The notes under the pieces are model-generated. The model saw only the letters and a program-made list of their open reading frames with translations, was not told the origin of the DNA and ran no database searches. Source: an uncultured Chloroflexia bacterium (GTDB taxonomy: Bacteria; Chloroflexota; Limnocylindria; Limnocylindrales; CSP1-4). From it: a DNA stretch of 64,000 bases. The position numbers were made by a program, and so were the translations under genes. The stretch spans positions 224,001 through 288,000 of the forward strand of contig CAVVYR010000008.1 in the NCBI GenBank assembly GCA_963752475.1. The letters are read 5' to 3'. Position 1 is the first letter of the stretch. Every line of letters begins with the position of its first letter. Shown in pieces: positions 50,929 to 60,867 of the stretch.

Positions 50929-52118
50929 ATGACCAGTTGCTGGGCCCGCTCGTCGAATCGTGGCTCAAGGACAGCGATAGCCCTCCGAGCGACGTCGGAC
51001 GCAGTACCGCTCAGATCGAGTCGCGCTTGCCGCGAACGCGTCAGTGGAGCCGCTGGTGGCCCGTGCCCTACCTCGAACGCCTGTCCGCACCGGCGACCGG
51101 ACGAACGCCGCCAGGAGGTTCCTCGATGTTCTCCGCAGTCAAGTTCATCGCCGCGGCCGTCATCGTGGCGCTGTTCGGCGGCTTCCTGCTTAGCGGCGTC
51201 CTCACCACGCAGCAGGACGACGAGGTCCTTCCGGCCTCGGTGACCGACTCGCCCTCGCCGACGACGATCGAAGAGACGGCATTCCCGACCGGCACATTCG
51301 AGTCCGAGGAGGGTGGCCTCACGCTCGAGTTCCGCGCCGACGGGACCTGCCGACGGGCGGAAGTGCCGTGCACCTACGGGGTCAAGGGGAGGTTCTTCTC
51401 GGAGATGACCTTCGAGGAGCCGACCGGGGCCCAGGTGCCGGCGACGTACTACTGGGACTACGACGGCGAGAGCCTGACGTTCGAGCCGTGGGGAGTCGAC
51501 AAACGGCCGGAGCGCAAGGACGTCTACTCGGGCCACGTCTACCGCCCGGTCGGCGAGACGCTTCCCCTGCGTGTGGCGGAGACCGACTTGCCGATCGGGA
51601 CGTGGTTCGTGTCGGCGAACGACGGCGGCACCCAGACGCTGCTCTTCCGTGAGGACGGCAAGTACATCGGGAGCGGAGGCGCAGATGCCACGTATGCCGT
51701 CAACGAAGACCTGCTCACGGGGATGGTGTTCCACCCCGGACCGGGTATCGAGTTGGTCCCGGCGACGTACTACTGGCACTGGGACGGCGAGCGGCTCCAG
51801 TTCCGCCTCTGGGGCGAGGACAGCAACCGGTGGAGGACTGCCATGTTCCTTGGCCGTGTCTTCATCAGGGACGAGACGCAACCCGCGCCCGGTAGCGAAC
51901 GGGTCGTCCTCCTGAGCCACCCGCAACTCGATGTCTGGGCCAGGGTCGAGATCCGTGAGGGTGACGACGGGCGCTACGAGGCGACCGCGACAAACGACAT
52001 CGACGGGGAGCCGCTGGGTGAGGGTGTCGGCGACACCCTGCAGGAGGCCGTGGAGGCCGCGCTCGAGTCCCTGGGCGAGCCGTACGCGAGCGACATGGCA
52101 GAGAGCGTGAAGGGCTAG
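50925..52118 (+). CDS. Anti-sigma-like TM protein with two extracellular repeat domains (copy B)
   Basis: ATGA-coupled to the sigma gene; short cytoplasmic domain, TM segment IVALFGGFLL, and two VPATYYW.(Y/W)DGE.L.F repeats. Confidence 0.85.
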   Translation: MNDQLLGPLVESWLKDSDSPPSDVGRSTAQIESRLPRTRQWSRWWPVPYLERLSAPATGRTPPGGSSMFSAVKFIAAAVIVALFGGFLLSGVLTTQQDDEVLPASVTDSPSPTTIEETAFPTGTFESEEGGLTLEFRADGTCRRAEVPCTYGVKGRFFSEMTFEEPTGAQVPATYYWDYDGESLTFEPWGVDKRPERKDVYSGHVYRPVGETLPLRVAETDLPIGTWFVSANDGGTQTLLFREDGKYIGSGGADATYAVNEDLLTGMVFHPGPGIELVPATYYWHWDGERLQFRLWGEDSNRWRTAMFLGRVFIRDETQPAPGSERVVLLSHPQLDVWARVEIREGDDGRYEATATNDIDGEPLGEGVGDTLQEAVEAALESLGEPYASDMAESVKG

Positions 52119-52142
52119 CGGACACGAGAGGGAGATCATCCC

Positions 52143-52535
52143 GTGCGTACATCGCGACACTGCCTGGTGGGGGCGTTCGTACTGGCGCTGGCAAGCGGGC
52201 TGGGCGGCGCAGCCGTGGCACAGGACGAGGCCCAAGTGGCCTTTCCGATCGGCCACCTAGAGCCCACCGACGGCCACCGGGAGTCGGTGCGGTTCGACGC
52301 GGACGGGACCTGTGCCTCGTTCGGTCCGGGCTGGGAGATGCCCTGCACCTACGCCATCAACGGAAATCTCTTCACCGAGACGTCCTACGAGGGCTCGATG
52401 AGATACAAGTTCCCGGCGACCTACCGCTGGGATTGGGACGGCGAGCGGCTCAGCTTCGAACCGTGGAGTCGAGACGACGTCGAGCCCAGAGTCGCGGCGT
52501 ACGCCGACCGCGTCTACGAAAGAGCCGAGGAGTAG
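52143..52535 (+). CDS. Secreted single-domain paralog of the anti-sigma extracellular repeat
   Basis: Signal peptide (AVA/QD), then FPIG..F.ADGTC..PCTYAING..FTE..FPATYRWDWDGERLSFEPW. Confidence 0.8.
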   Translation: MRTSRHCLVGAFVLALASGLGGAAVAQDEAQVAFPIGHLEPTDGHRESVRFDADGTCASFGPGWEMPCTYAINGNLFTETSYEGSMRYKFPATYRWDWDGERLSFEPWSRDDVEPRVAAYADRVYERAEE

Positions 52536-52617
52536 ATCGTGTGCGGACGGCGACACGGCACCCAAGGCCCAATGTCGGGGCTCGAGGAGCACCCGCGAAC
52601 GCATAGGAGGATTCGAG

Positions 52618-53106
52618 ATGACCGGAACCATTCGACTGCTGCGTGTCCTGGTGACCACAGTCCTGACCGCGTCGCTGGCCGCTGGTGGAGCAGTGGCGGC
52701 CGGGACCGATGAGGCGGCCGTCCTCGAGGAGATGGTCGCGCTCGAGCAGAGCAAGCTCGACCCCTGGTATGGCAAGTCAGAGACCGAGGTCTACTTGAGC
52801 GAGGTCGGTGACGAGACGACGTACTTCAACGACGCCACGGGGGCGCTGCTGGAGGGCGAGGCAGTCCGGGACTGGCTGGCTGGCTTCGAGGGGCTCATCC
52901 CGCCCTTCGACTACGAGATCACCAACCCGTCGGTGGCCGTCCGGGGTGACGTCGTCATCTTCGCCTTCAACATCGATATGGCCGATCCCGAGACCGGCGA
53001 ACCGATGGGCCAATGGATGGTGACGAAGGTGCTCGAACGGACCGACGACGGCTGGGTGGCCATCCACGGGCACTTCGGCATGCCCACGCCCTTGCCCGAG
53101 GAGTAG
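52618..53106 (+). CDS. Secreted NTF2/SnoaL-like protein
   Basis: Signal peptide and AGGAGG RBS; T.VLERTDDGW..IHGH ending. Confidence 0.75.
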   Translation: MTGTIRLLRVLVTTVLTASLAAGGAVAAGTDEAAVLEEMVALEQSKLDPWYGKSETEVYLSEVGDETTYFNDATGALLEGEAVRDWLAGFEGLIPPFDYEITNPSVAVRGDVVIFAFNIDMADPETGEPMGQWMVTKVLERTDDGWVAIHGHFGMPTPLPEE

Positions 53107-53193
53107 CCGGCTGAGTCGCCGCATCGCGGCCCCGGCTACAAGCGAGGCTCGTCCTGTCAGGGGCGGGCCTCGTATCATGTGCGACACGAGGAG

Positions 53194-53340
53194 GTGGCGC
53201 CCCCTTGGGGTCCCTTCCTTGACGACCAGAGGGCCGTCGAATTCGGTGGAGTCCCGCCACCGCGAACGGCATTTCGGCCACGCCCTTGACCCCAGGAGCC
53301 GCGAGCGTGAGGGCTGCGTAACCCGCTCGCTGGTACGCGG
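53194..53340 (+). repeat. Degenerate copy of the tRNA-end-like/PLAWYA repeat
   Basis: GTGGCGCCCCC at 53194 and ACCCGCTCGCTGGTACGCGG at 53321-53340. Confidence 0.45.
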
Positions 53341-53363
53341 GGACCTACGGCGTCTTGCCGGAG

Positions 53364-54656
53364 CTAGCCGCCGTACCCCATCAGCCGGGGCACGAACAGG
53401 ACGATGTCCGGGAACAGGATCAGGATGATCAGGGCCACGATCATGATGCCGAGGAAGGGCCAGATCTCCCTGATCACATCCTTCAGCGCGGTCCGGGTCG
53501 TGCTCGACACGATGAAGAGCAGCACGCCGAAGGGTGGCGTCGAGAGCCCGATCATCATGTTGAGCACGATGACCACCCCGAAGTGGACCGGGTCGATGCC
53601 CACGAGCCGCATGATCGGAAGCACTACCGGGATCATGATCAGCAGCAGCACCATCGTGTCCAGGAACATGCCCATCACCAGGAAGAGCAGGTTGATGAGG
53701 ATGAGCAGGACCAGTGGATCCTGGGACAGCGAGAGGATGGCGTCGGCGAAGGCGCGAGGGATACCCTCGATGGCCACGGCGTAGTTGATGATGAACGCGC
53801 CACCCACGATGAGCCCCACGGTCGCCGACTGCCGCACGGTCGTCTGGAACATCGAGAAGAACCCGCTCGGTCCCAAGGCCCGATAGACGATGAACGCCAG
53901 CACCAGCGCGTACATCGAGGCCACGGCGGCAGCCTCGGTCGGCGTGAACACGCCGCTGTAGATCCCGCCCAGCAGGATCACCGGGGTCAGCAGGGCCGGG
54001 ACCGCGACCAGGAACCGACCCGCGGCCTGGCCCAGACCCGGCCACATCTCCCGCGGGTAGCCGCGTCGCTTGGCGATGAAGAAGATCAGCACCATCTGCA
54101 TCCCGGCGAGGAAGAGTCCCGGGAGCATCCCCGCCGCGAAGAGCATGCCCACGCTGGTGGCGCTGAGATAAGCGTAGATGACCATGGGGATGCTGGGCGG
54201 GATGATGGGCCCGATGGTGGACGTCGCCGCGGTCGTGGCACACGCGAAGTCCTTGGGATAGCCACCGTTGGCCATGGCCTTGATCTCGACCAGGCCGGTC
54301 CCGCTCGCATCGGCGACGGCGCTGCCGCTCATGCCGCTGAAGATGACGCTGTTGACCACGTTCACCTGCGCCAGGCCACCAGGCATCCGTCCCACGACGG
54401 CATGGGCGAAGTGGAAGATCTTCTCGGTCACCGTGGAGTCGTTCATGATCTGCGCCATGAAGATGAACAGGGGCACGGCCAGCAGCACGAACTTGGAGTA
54501 GAGACCGTTCATCGTGACCTGCGCGAAGAGCCCCAGATCGGTTCCGCTGGCGACGAGGTAGACGATGCCCGCGGCCATCATCCCGTAGGCCAGCGGGATA
54601 CGGATCAGGAACGCGGTGATGAAGACCAGCAGCAGCAGGGCGAAGGCGACGCTCAT
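53364..54656 (-). CDS. dctM: TRAP transporter large permease
   Basis: LLAVPLFI, FSGMSGSAVAD, IIPPSI, FTPTEA and TPPFG. Confidence 0.95.
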   Translation of the reverse strand: MSVAFALLLLVFITAFLIRIPLAYGMMAAGIVYLVASGTDLGLFAQVTMNGLYSKFVLLAVPLFIFMAQIMNDSTVTEKIFHFAHAVVGRMPGGLAQVNVVNSVIFSGMSGSAVADASGTGLVEIKAMANGGYPKDFACATTAATSTIGPIIPPSIPMVIYAYLSATSVGMLFAAGMLPGLFLAGMQMVLIFFIAKRRGYPREMWPGLGQAAGRFLVAVPALLTPVILLGGIYSGVFTPTEAAAVASMYALVLAFIVYRALGPSGFFSMFQTTVRQSATVGLIVGGAFIINYAVAIEGIPRAFADAILSLSQDPLVLLILINLLFLVMGMFLDTMVLLLIMIPVVLPIMRLVGIDPVHFGVVIVLNMMIGLSTPPFGVLLFIVSSTTRTALKDVIREIWPFLGIMIVALIILILFPDIVLFVPRLMGYGG

Positions 54657-55249
54657 GTGGACCCGGCCTCGCCCGACCGCTCACGAGCGATGTCACGGAC
54701 GTCCCTGATCAGCAGGCGCCCACGGTGGAAGACGGTCGCGGCCAGGAACCAGAGGACCACCGCGAAGGCCCAGTTGAACTTGAGCGGCAGACCCGTGACG
54801 GAGTCCTCGCCGATGAAGACGAGGTATTCCCAGGTCGCCGGGATGGGCAGCGCGAAGGTGACGACCAGCAGCAGGTTGCCGACCATCCTCGACACGCGTT
54901 GCCAGCGCGGTGACATCCGTCGGTAGAGCAGATCGAACTGGATGTGTTCATCGGCCCAATTGGGTAGACCGGCCGCGATGAGGACGGTCCAGATGAAGGC
55001 GATGGCGGCCGCGTTGACCGTCCAGATGAGGGGGTCGTTCAGGACATAGCGCCAGAACACGCCGACCAGGATCGACGCGAACATGATGGTGAAGAAGACC
55101 ATGGCGACGATCTCCTCGACCCGCTCCACGCGGGTCGTGGTTCGCGGCTCGTCGCCGGGCCAATCAAGAAGATCGCCGGTATCCGGAGGTTTCGTGCCGA
55201 GGCGGACCTCGGAAACGAACCTGGAGACCGGCGATCTCCGCTGTGTCAC
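54653..55249 (-). CDS. dctQ: TRAP transporter small permease
   Basis: Four TM segments; RYVLNDPL.W and HIQFDLL. Confidence 0.9.
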   Translation of the reverse strand: MTQRRSPVSRFVSEVRLGTKPPDTGDLLDWPGDEPRTTTRVERVEEIVAMVFFTIMFASILVGVFWRYVLNDPLIWTVNAAAIAFIWTVLIAAGLPNWADEHIQFDLLYRRMSPRWQRVSRMVGNLLLVVTFALPIPATWEYLVFIGEDSVTGLPLKFNWAFAVVLWFLAATVFHRGRLLIRDVRDIARERSGEAGST

Positions 55250-55271
55250 AGGTAGAGCCTGGCGTCAGCGC

Positions 55272-56273
55272 CTAGCCGGCCAGCTCCTGGATGAGGTCGT
55301 AGTGCCCCTCCATGAAGGTGGAGGTCAGCTCCTCGTTGCTGAGCAGCTCATCGAGCACGTGCGTGCGGAACGCGTCGCGGTCGGGCTCATAGACGGCCAG
55401 CCCCTCCTCCTCGAAGAAGGACACCAGGTCGGCCTCGGCCTGGAGCGCGATATCGGTCGCGTATGCGCGAGCCTCGAGCCAGGCGTCCATGACCAGGCCC
55501 TGCTGCTCCTCGCTGAGCGACTGCCAGATCTCCTCGTTGACCGTGGGCCAGACGTCGTTGACCAGGTGGCCGGTCAGGACGATCTGGTCGGTGACCTCGT
55601 AGAACTTGGCGTTGAAGTTCGTCGGCAGCGGGTTGTCCTGGCCGTCGACCGTGCCGGTCTGCAGCGCCAGGTAGAGCTCACCGAAGGCGATCGGGGTGGG
55701 GTTCGCGCCGAGGGCCTCGCCCATGGCGATCCAGCTCGGTGAGTCGGGGACGCGGAGCTTGACGCCCTCGAGGTCGGCCGGCGTCATGATCTCGCCCACG
55801 TCCTTGAGGTTCAGCTGCCGCGTACCGAGGTAGATCGAGGTCAGCGGGCGGACACCGGCCTCCTCGACCGCGGCACCGAAGATGTCCTGGCCGACCTGGC
55901 CGTCCATCACCTCGTACAGGTGGTCGACGTCCGTGATCATGTAGGGCACGCCCACGATGCTGGCCGCGGGCACGCGCTCCGAGAGCCACTGCGAGCTGGT
56001 GTAGGCCATGGCGATGTCGCCACGGAGCAGAGCGGTCTGCTCGGCGTTCTGGTCGAACAGGCTGCCGCTGTCGAAGACCTCGATCTGGATCGAGCCATCA
56101 CTCGCTGCCTCTACGAGTTCCTCGAACTTGTAGATGGCCTTGGTGTGATGGTCATCCGGCACGCTCTGGGTCGAGAACTGGAGCGTGACCTCATCCTGGG
56201 CTGTGACGCTCGCGATAGGTGCCGCGGTCAACGCCAACGCCACCGCGACGGCCAGTGTCCCTGTCCTTCTCAT
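55272..56273 (-). CDS. dctP: TRAP transporter substrate-binding protein
   Basis: Signal peptide; KLRVP, ELYLALQTGTVDGQDNP and LTGH. Confidence 0.93.
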   Translation of the reverse strand: MRRTGTLAVAVALALTAAPIASVTAQDEVTLQFSTQSVPDDHHTKAIYKFEELVEAASDGSIQIEVFDSGSLFDQNAEQTALLRGDIAMAYTSSQWLSERVPAASIVGVPYMITDVDHLYEVMDGQVGQDIFGAAVEEAGVRPLTSIYLGTRQLNLKDVGEIMTPADLEGVKLRVPDSPSWIAMGEALGANPTPIAFGELYLALQTGTVDGQDNPLPTNFNAKFYEVTDQIVLTGHLVNDVWPTVNEEIWQSLSEEQQGLVMDAWLEARAYATDIALQAEADLVSFFEEEGLAVYEPDRDAFRTHVLDELLSNEELTSTFMEGHYDLIQELAG

Positions 56274-56423
56274 TCGAAGACCCTCCTCCAGATTGCTACC
56301 TGGAGCCCGCACCTCTTCCGGTCAGGCTCCGGCTGACTTGGATGAGTTACCGTGATGAGCATATCCGACGCGGACCGGTCGGCCTTGACGATTCCGAACC
56401 GGGCCCTAAGGGAGGCCAAGGGC

Positions 56424-57335
56424 ATGGGATACGACCGAGAGACCGGCTGGACGGCATCGTTCCAGGGTGTCGTGGCGGCCCCTCTGACACCCCTCGGGGA
56501 CCGCGGCGAGCTGCGCCCGGATCTGGTTCGGCCGATGGTCGAGTTCCTGCTCGACGGTGGCGTCAGCGCGCTCATGGTCGGCGGCACCACGGCCGAGTTC
56601 ATCACCCTCGATCTCGACGAGCGCCGCGCTCTGCTGGAGGCCTACGTCCAGGCGGTGGATGGTCGCATCCCGGTGATCGCACACGTCGGCGATGTCGACC
56701 GGCACAAGGCAGCCGCTCTGGCGGTCCACGCTCAGGATGTCGGGGCTGACGGCACGACCGCCATCACGCCCTACTACCACCGTGTCAGTGAGCCAGCCAT
56801 CAGGGACTACTTCCACCAGCTGGCGCTGGCCACCCCGGAGCTGCCGTTCTTCGTCTACAACTACCCCGACGCGACCGGCGCAACCGTCTCGTTCGACCTG
56901 TTCAGCTCGCTGCTGGAGCTTCCGAATGTCGCGGGTGTCAAGCACTCGGTGGGCACGTTCGAGGAGCTCGAGCCATACCTCTCGCTGCCCGCGCATCTCT
57001 GTGTCATGGCTGGGAACGACTCGCTCTCGCGGCAGTTCCTGCGCTCGGGCGGCCGAGCCATCGTCTCCGGCAACGCCGCGGCCTTCCCAGACGTCATGAG
57101 CCAGCTCGTCGCGGCGGTGCTCGCGGACCCGGATGCCGACACGGACGAACTCATGGCCAGGGTCGATGTCGTCGTGGCGCTCGGCCGGTCGGGTGCGCCG
57201 GACCGCCTGCGCGAGCTCCTGACGATGCGCGGGATCGAAGTCGGTCGGTCGAGGCTCGCGACGTACCTCCCGGATGAGATCACCAAGGCCGATGCGACCA
57301 TGGCTCGTGACCTCGTTGCGGAGCTCGCCGGCTAG
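56424..57335 (+). CDS. DHDPS/N-acetylneuraminate lyase family aldolase
   Basis: GGTTAE, ITPYY, YNYP and GVKHS (Schiff-base Lys); divergent from dctP. Confidence 0.88.
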   Translation: MGYDRETGWTASFQGVVAAPLTPLGDRGELRPDLVRPMVEFLLDGGVSALMVGGTTAEFITLDLDERRALLEAYVQAVDGRIPVIAHVGDVDRHKAAALAVHAQDVGADGTTAITPYYHRVSEPAIRDYFHQLALATPELPFFVYNYPDATGATVSFDLFSSLLELPNVAGVKHSVGTFEELEPYLSLPAHLCVMAGNDSLSRQFLRSGGRAIVSGNAAAFPDVMSQLVAAVLADPDADTDELMARVDVVVALGRSGAPDRLRELLTMRGIEVGRSRLATYLPDEITKADATMARDLVAELAG

Positions 57336-57417
57336 CCTCCTGCAGGCTGAGTCGGCGATACCCAGCCGGCCAGCAACAGCGGGTATCTCCATGGAGACCC
57401 CGATCCGCTCGCCCGAC

Positions 57418-59112
57418 TCACCCGGTCCCGAACAGCTCCTCGCCGGTGACCTCGGCCAAGGATTGGCCATCGGTGTCGTAGCGACGGATGACCACGCGGT
57501 CGAGGTCGATCTCGAAGGCATCGCCATACGGCCAGGCGCTGAGCCATGCCCCGGAGTCACTCGCGGTCTCCACGTGGGAGTAGCAGTCCGTGGCAGCCTC
57601 ACTGCAGGCGAAGGCAAGCGCCGTACCGCCATCGAAGGGGACATAGGCGGCGAAGTCGTAGGTACCCTCGAGCAGCCCGCTCATCCAGACGCCATGGGAC
57701 ACCGGCCAGACGGATCCGATGACGGTCGCACCATCGGGTGGACCGACCCGACCGATGACCGCGCCCGAGGTCGGGTCGAACACGATGATCTTCCGAGCGG
57801 CGAGCTCGTCGTACAGCGCGACCGAGCCCTCGTGACCGGCCGAGAGCCGAAGGCGAGGCGTGACGTACGTGCCCTTCTTGGTGCGCGGCAGGTCGGCATC
57901 GAGCGGGATCTTACGCGGGGCCTTCCCACCCGGCTCGACGATGCCCAGCTGGAGTCGTCGCCGAGCACCGTCCTTCGCGCCCTTACGGGAGTAGAGGACC
58001 ACGAGCCCGTCGTCGGTTGGGGCGAGTGCGACGACCCGTGGGAGCACCGTGGCGAGGCTGCCGGACCAGCGGTCGAGACGGGCCAGCGACCAGTCGGCGT
58101 AGTACTCGAGGGTCCCTTGCGGGTCCGTCTTCTTCCACACGATCGCCCAGAGGTCCTCGCCCAGGGTGGCCGAATCGCTGACGAAGGTGGGCTTGCGGCC
58201 GGTCGCCACCGGATAGGCCTCGAGCTCGGCCGATCCATCGAGCGAAAGGCGGATGATGCACTCGAGCACAGGGGTCTCCCACTCGGCATCCACGATCGGG
58301 AGCCATGCGGCCCTACCGTCTGACTGCACGAGAGGCTTTCCGTCACGTCCTGGTGGACAGTCCGGATGGGCGACATCCCAGCGGTCGAGGATCTCGCCCG
58401 TCAGATGGTCGACGCGAGTCACGGTGTCGCTCTCGTTGAGCCAGAGGTCGCGAGCCGGTTCTTGCACGGGCGGTTCCGGAGAAGACGTGGGCTCCACGGG
58501 CGCGGGGGTGGCCGGCGGGGATGTCGGTGCGACGGGTGTCGCCGTGGCCGAGGCGACCTCGCCGCTCGGATCGACCCCAGCCTCGGAGTGGCGCGTCTCG
58601 TCGAGCAGCGCACTCAGCTTGTCGTCCCCGATCTGGAGGGCTTCGAAGGACAGATCGGAGCGGTGGAGGCGACCGTCGAGGACGCCCTCATCAGGACAGG
58701 CCTCCCAACTGTCTTCATCGGCTGGGTCATCGCTGAAGAGGTCGGCCTCCGACTCGTGTGCCCCCGTGCGGTGGAGGATGGCCGAACCGCCGAAGCAGCC
58801 CGCTCGACCCGGATCCGGATAGTGCTCGGTAGCAAAGGTGACGTCGACCCTGGCCCACTCACCCTCATCGTTTCGATCGCCAGCAGCCAACCAGCCGCTG
58901 CCGGTCAGCGTGTCGCCATCGAACTTGAACGTGACCTTGGAGGAGTCGAATCCGTGCTGCTCATCGAAGGACCCGGTGGCATACCACGAGGCCTGACCGC
59001 CACCTTCGTCCGCGGCGAACGTGCTGCCGGTGACGGCGCAGACCAAGAGCGTCACCAACCCGAGACTTGCCCGCTCGCGGGGGCGAGCCCAAGACGACAG
59101 ACTCGATCTCAC
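57418..59112 (-). CDS. Hypothetical secreted multidomain protein (probable C-terminal beta-propeller)
   Basis: GTG start with GGAGG RBS, signal peptide, PT linker and repeated beta-strand/Trp units. Confidence 0.65.
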   Translation of the reverse strand: MRSSLSSWARPRERASLGLVTLLVCAVTGSTFAADEGGGQASWYATGSFDEQHGFDSSKVTFKFDGDTLTGSGWLAAGDRNDEGEWARVDVTFATEHYPDPGRAGCFGGSAILHRTGAHESEADLFSDDPADEDSWEACPDEGVLDGRLHRSDLSFEALQIGDDKLSALLDETRHSEAGVDPSGEVASATATPVAPTSPPATPAPVEPTSSPEPPVQEPARDLWLNESDTVTRVDHLTGEILDRWDVAHPDCPPGRDGKPLVQSDGRAAWLPIVDAEWETPVLECIIRLSLDGSAELEAYPVATGRKPTFVSDSATLGEDLWAIVWKKTDPQGTLEYYADWSLARLDRWSGSLATVLPRVVALAPTDDGLVVLYSRKGAKDGARRRLQLGIVEPGGKAPRKIPLDADLPRTKKGTYVTPRLRLSAGHEGSVALYDELAARKIIVFDPTSGAVIGRVGPPDGATVIGSVWPVSHGVWMSGLLEGTYDFAAYVPFDGGTALAFACSEAATDCYSHVETASDSGAWLSAWPYGDAFEIDLDRVVIRRYDTDGQSLAEVTGEELFGTG

Positions 59113-59152
59113 AGCTGTTCCTCCATCCCTGGCCATCGGATCGTGCAGCACC

Positions 59153-60686
59153 TCACTCGGCCTTGATCTCCGCGATGAAGGGCAGGGCGCTGCCGTCCGA
59201 CCACCTGAATGCACCTTCGATGGCGCCGTCACGCAGGGTGGCCTCCCAGGTCCCTTCATCGCCGCCTTCTTCGACCTTCAGCTCGCAGGGCGCCCCCTCG
59301 CTCGGCGGAATCAGCGTGTCGAGACGCGCCGCGACCTGTGCCACACCACGCATCGTGTCGCGCGACAGCATCCCTGCGAAGCCCCCGTTGAACGTGATCT
59401 CCACGTGGGCCACCCAGACCGGACATCGCTCGAACTCCGTCGGGATCTCGGCCATGAGTGAGCCGGTCCCTTCGACATCCCCATCGCTGCTCAGTTTGAA
59501 GGCGATCCGGTTCTCGTTCAGCGTGCAGTCAGCCAGCCCGGCGATCTGGGTGCACGCGGTCCTGTCCCCGAAGTGGCCCCCGGCTACCTGGTCGGGCGCG
59601 TCGTAGGCCTCGAGCGCCGCGAGGAACTCTTTTTCGTAGGCATCGGCGGCGGCGTGCGTGCTCTCATCCTCCATTCCGGCAGCCACGTCGGAGCAGACCT
59701 TACGCAGGGGTACCGAGGTGATGTGGTCGCAGTACGAGCCGTCCTCCTGTTTCCTCGCCGCTCCCGCGAGGCACAGGTCACGCATCATCGGAGTGGGCAG
59801 CCCGTCGCAGAGCTGAAGAGCCTGCGACGAGGCGGTGGGATGTAGCAGGGCCATGAAGCCGCAGAGCTCGCGCAGGCCCTCGGGACTGGTGACGCCGTAC
59901 TGCATGTCGGGCTCGTCGAGGTTCATGCCCACGATCTCGTCACAGATCTCGAAGTCGGTCCAACCCTCGGGCGGCGGCATCATCGAGGCCAGGATGCAGC
60001 CGCTGCGCAATTCCGGGTGTTCGATCTCGCGGCAGAGGTACGGCGTGTCGTTCAGCCTGGCCGCCATACCCAGGCACATGTCGGCGCCGGTCAGGCGGCC
60101 GAAGCCCTCTTCGTCCAGGCTGATATCGCCCAGGTGACTGCAGTCACCCACATCGCCCGGGTCGGTCTCGATGTAGTAGTGGATACATGCGAGCGCGGAC
60201 TCCGGGTCGGGCAGGTCCCCACACCTGCGCGGATCGTCGTCGATCTGCGCCATGGCCGCGAAGCAGCTGGCGCGGATCTCGAGCGATCGGCAGATCGGCA
60301 CATAGGCCTGGATCGCCCAGGACGGTGGCCGCGGTGGCAAGGGCGACCTCGGCCTCGAGCGAGTCCGAGTCGGGGGCCGATGTCTCCTCGTCGAGGGCTT
60401 CGATGAGAGCCTCGAAGTGGGGCAACAACGCGTCGTGGTGCCTCACGATCGCCTCGGTCAGACACAGTGCGCTCGGCGTGGGGTCGAGCACGCTGTAGCT
60501 CTCGGAGCAGAGGCTCGCATCGGCGAAGTAGGCACCGATGACGACCTCGGGATCGCCGCTGTCAGCCCGTGAAGAGGACAGGCCTTCTGCTTCCGACTCG
60601 GTGGTCTGCGCCGTAACGGGCGCGGCGGTGAGCACCGTCATCACCGCCGCCATCGTGGTTGCCTTGACGAATCGCTGCAGATCCAT
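59153..60686 (-). CDS. Secreted Cys-rich helical-repeat protein; apparent frameshift at ~60287
   Basis: ORF 60144..60686 (signal peptide) joins 59153..60340; repeats of C..(I/L)......C (LCREIEHPELRSGC, LCDGLPTPMMRDLC, YCDHITSVPLRKVC). Confidence 0.7.
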
Positions 60687-60867
60687 CGCCCCCTCCTCGC
60701 CACACTATCTTGCCGCAAGACGAGGGCGCTTGGCTCGGTCACCTGCGTGGCCGCGCTGCGATCCGGCGTACCGAGCCATGCGACCCACCGCGCAGAGCAC
60801 TCGCCGCGGTTCCAGCGGGTGACGGCAGCGATAGAATGCTGGTGCATTCGCGACCAAGGGGGACGAG

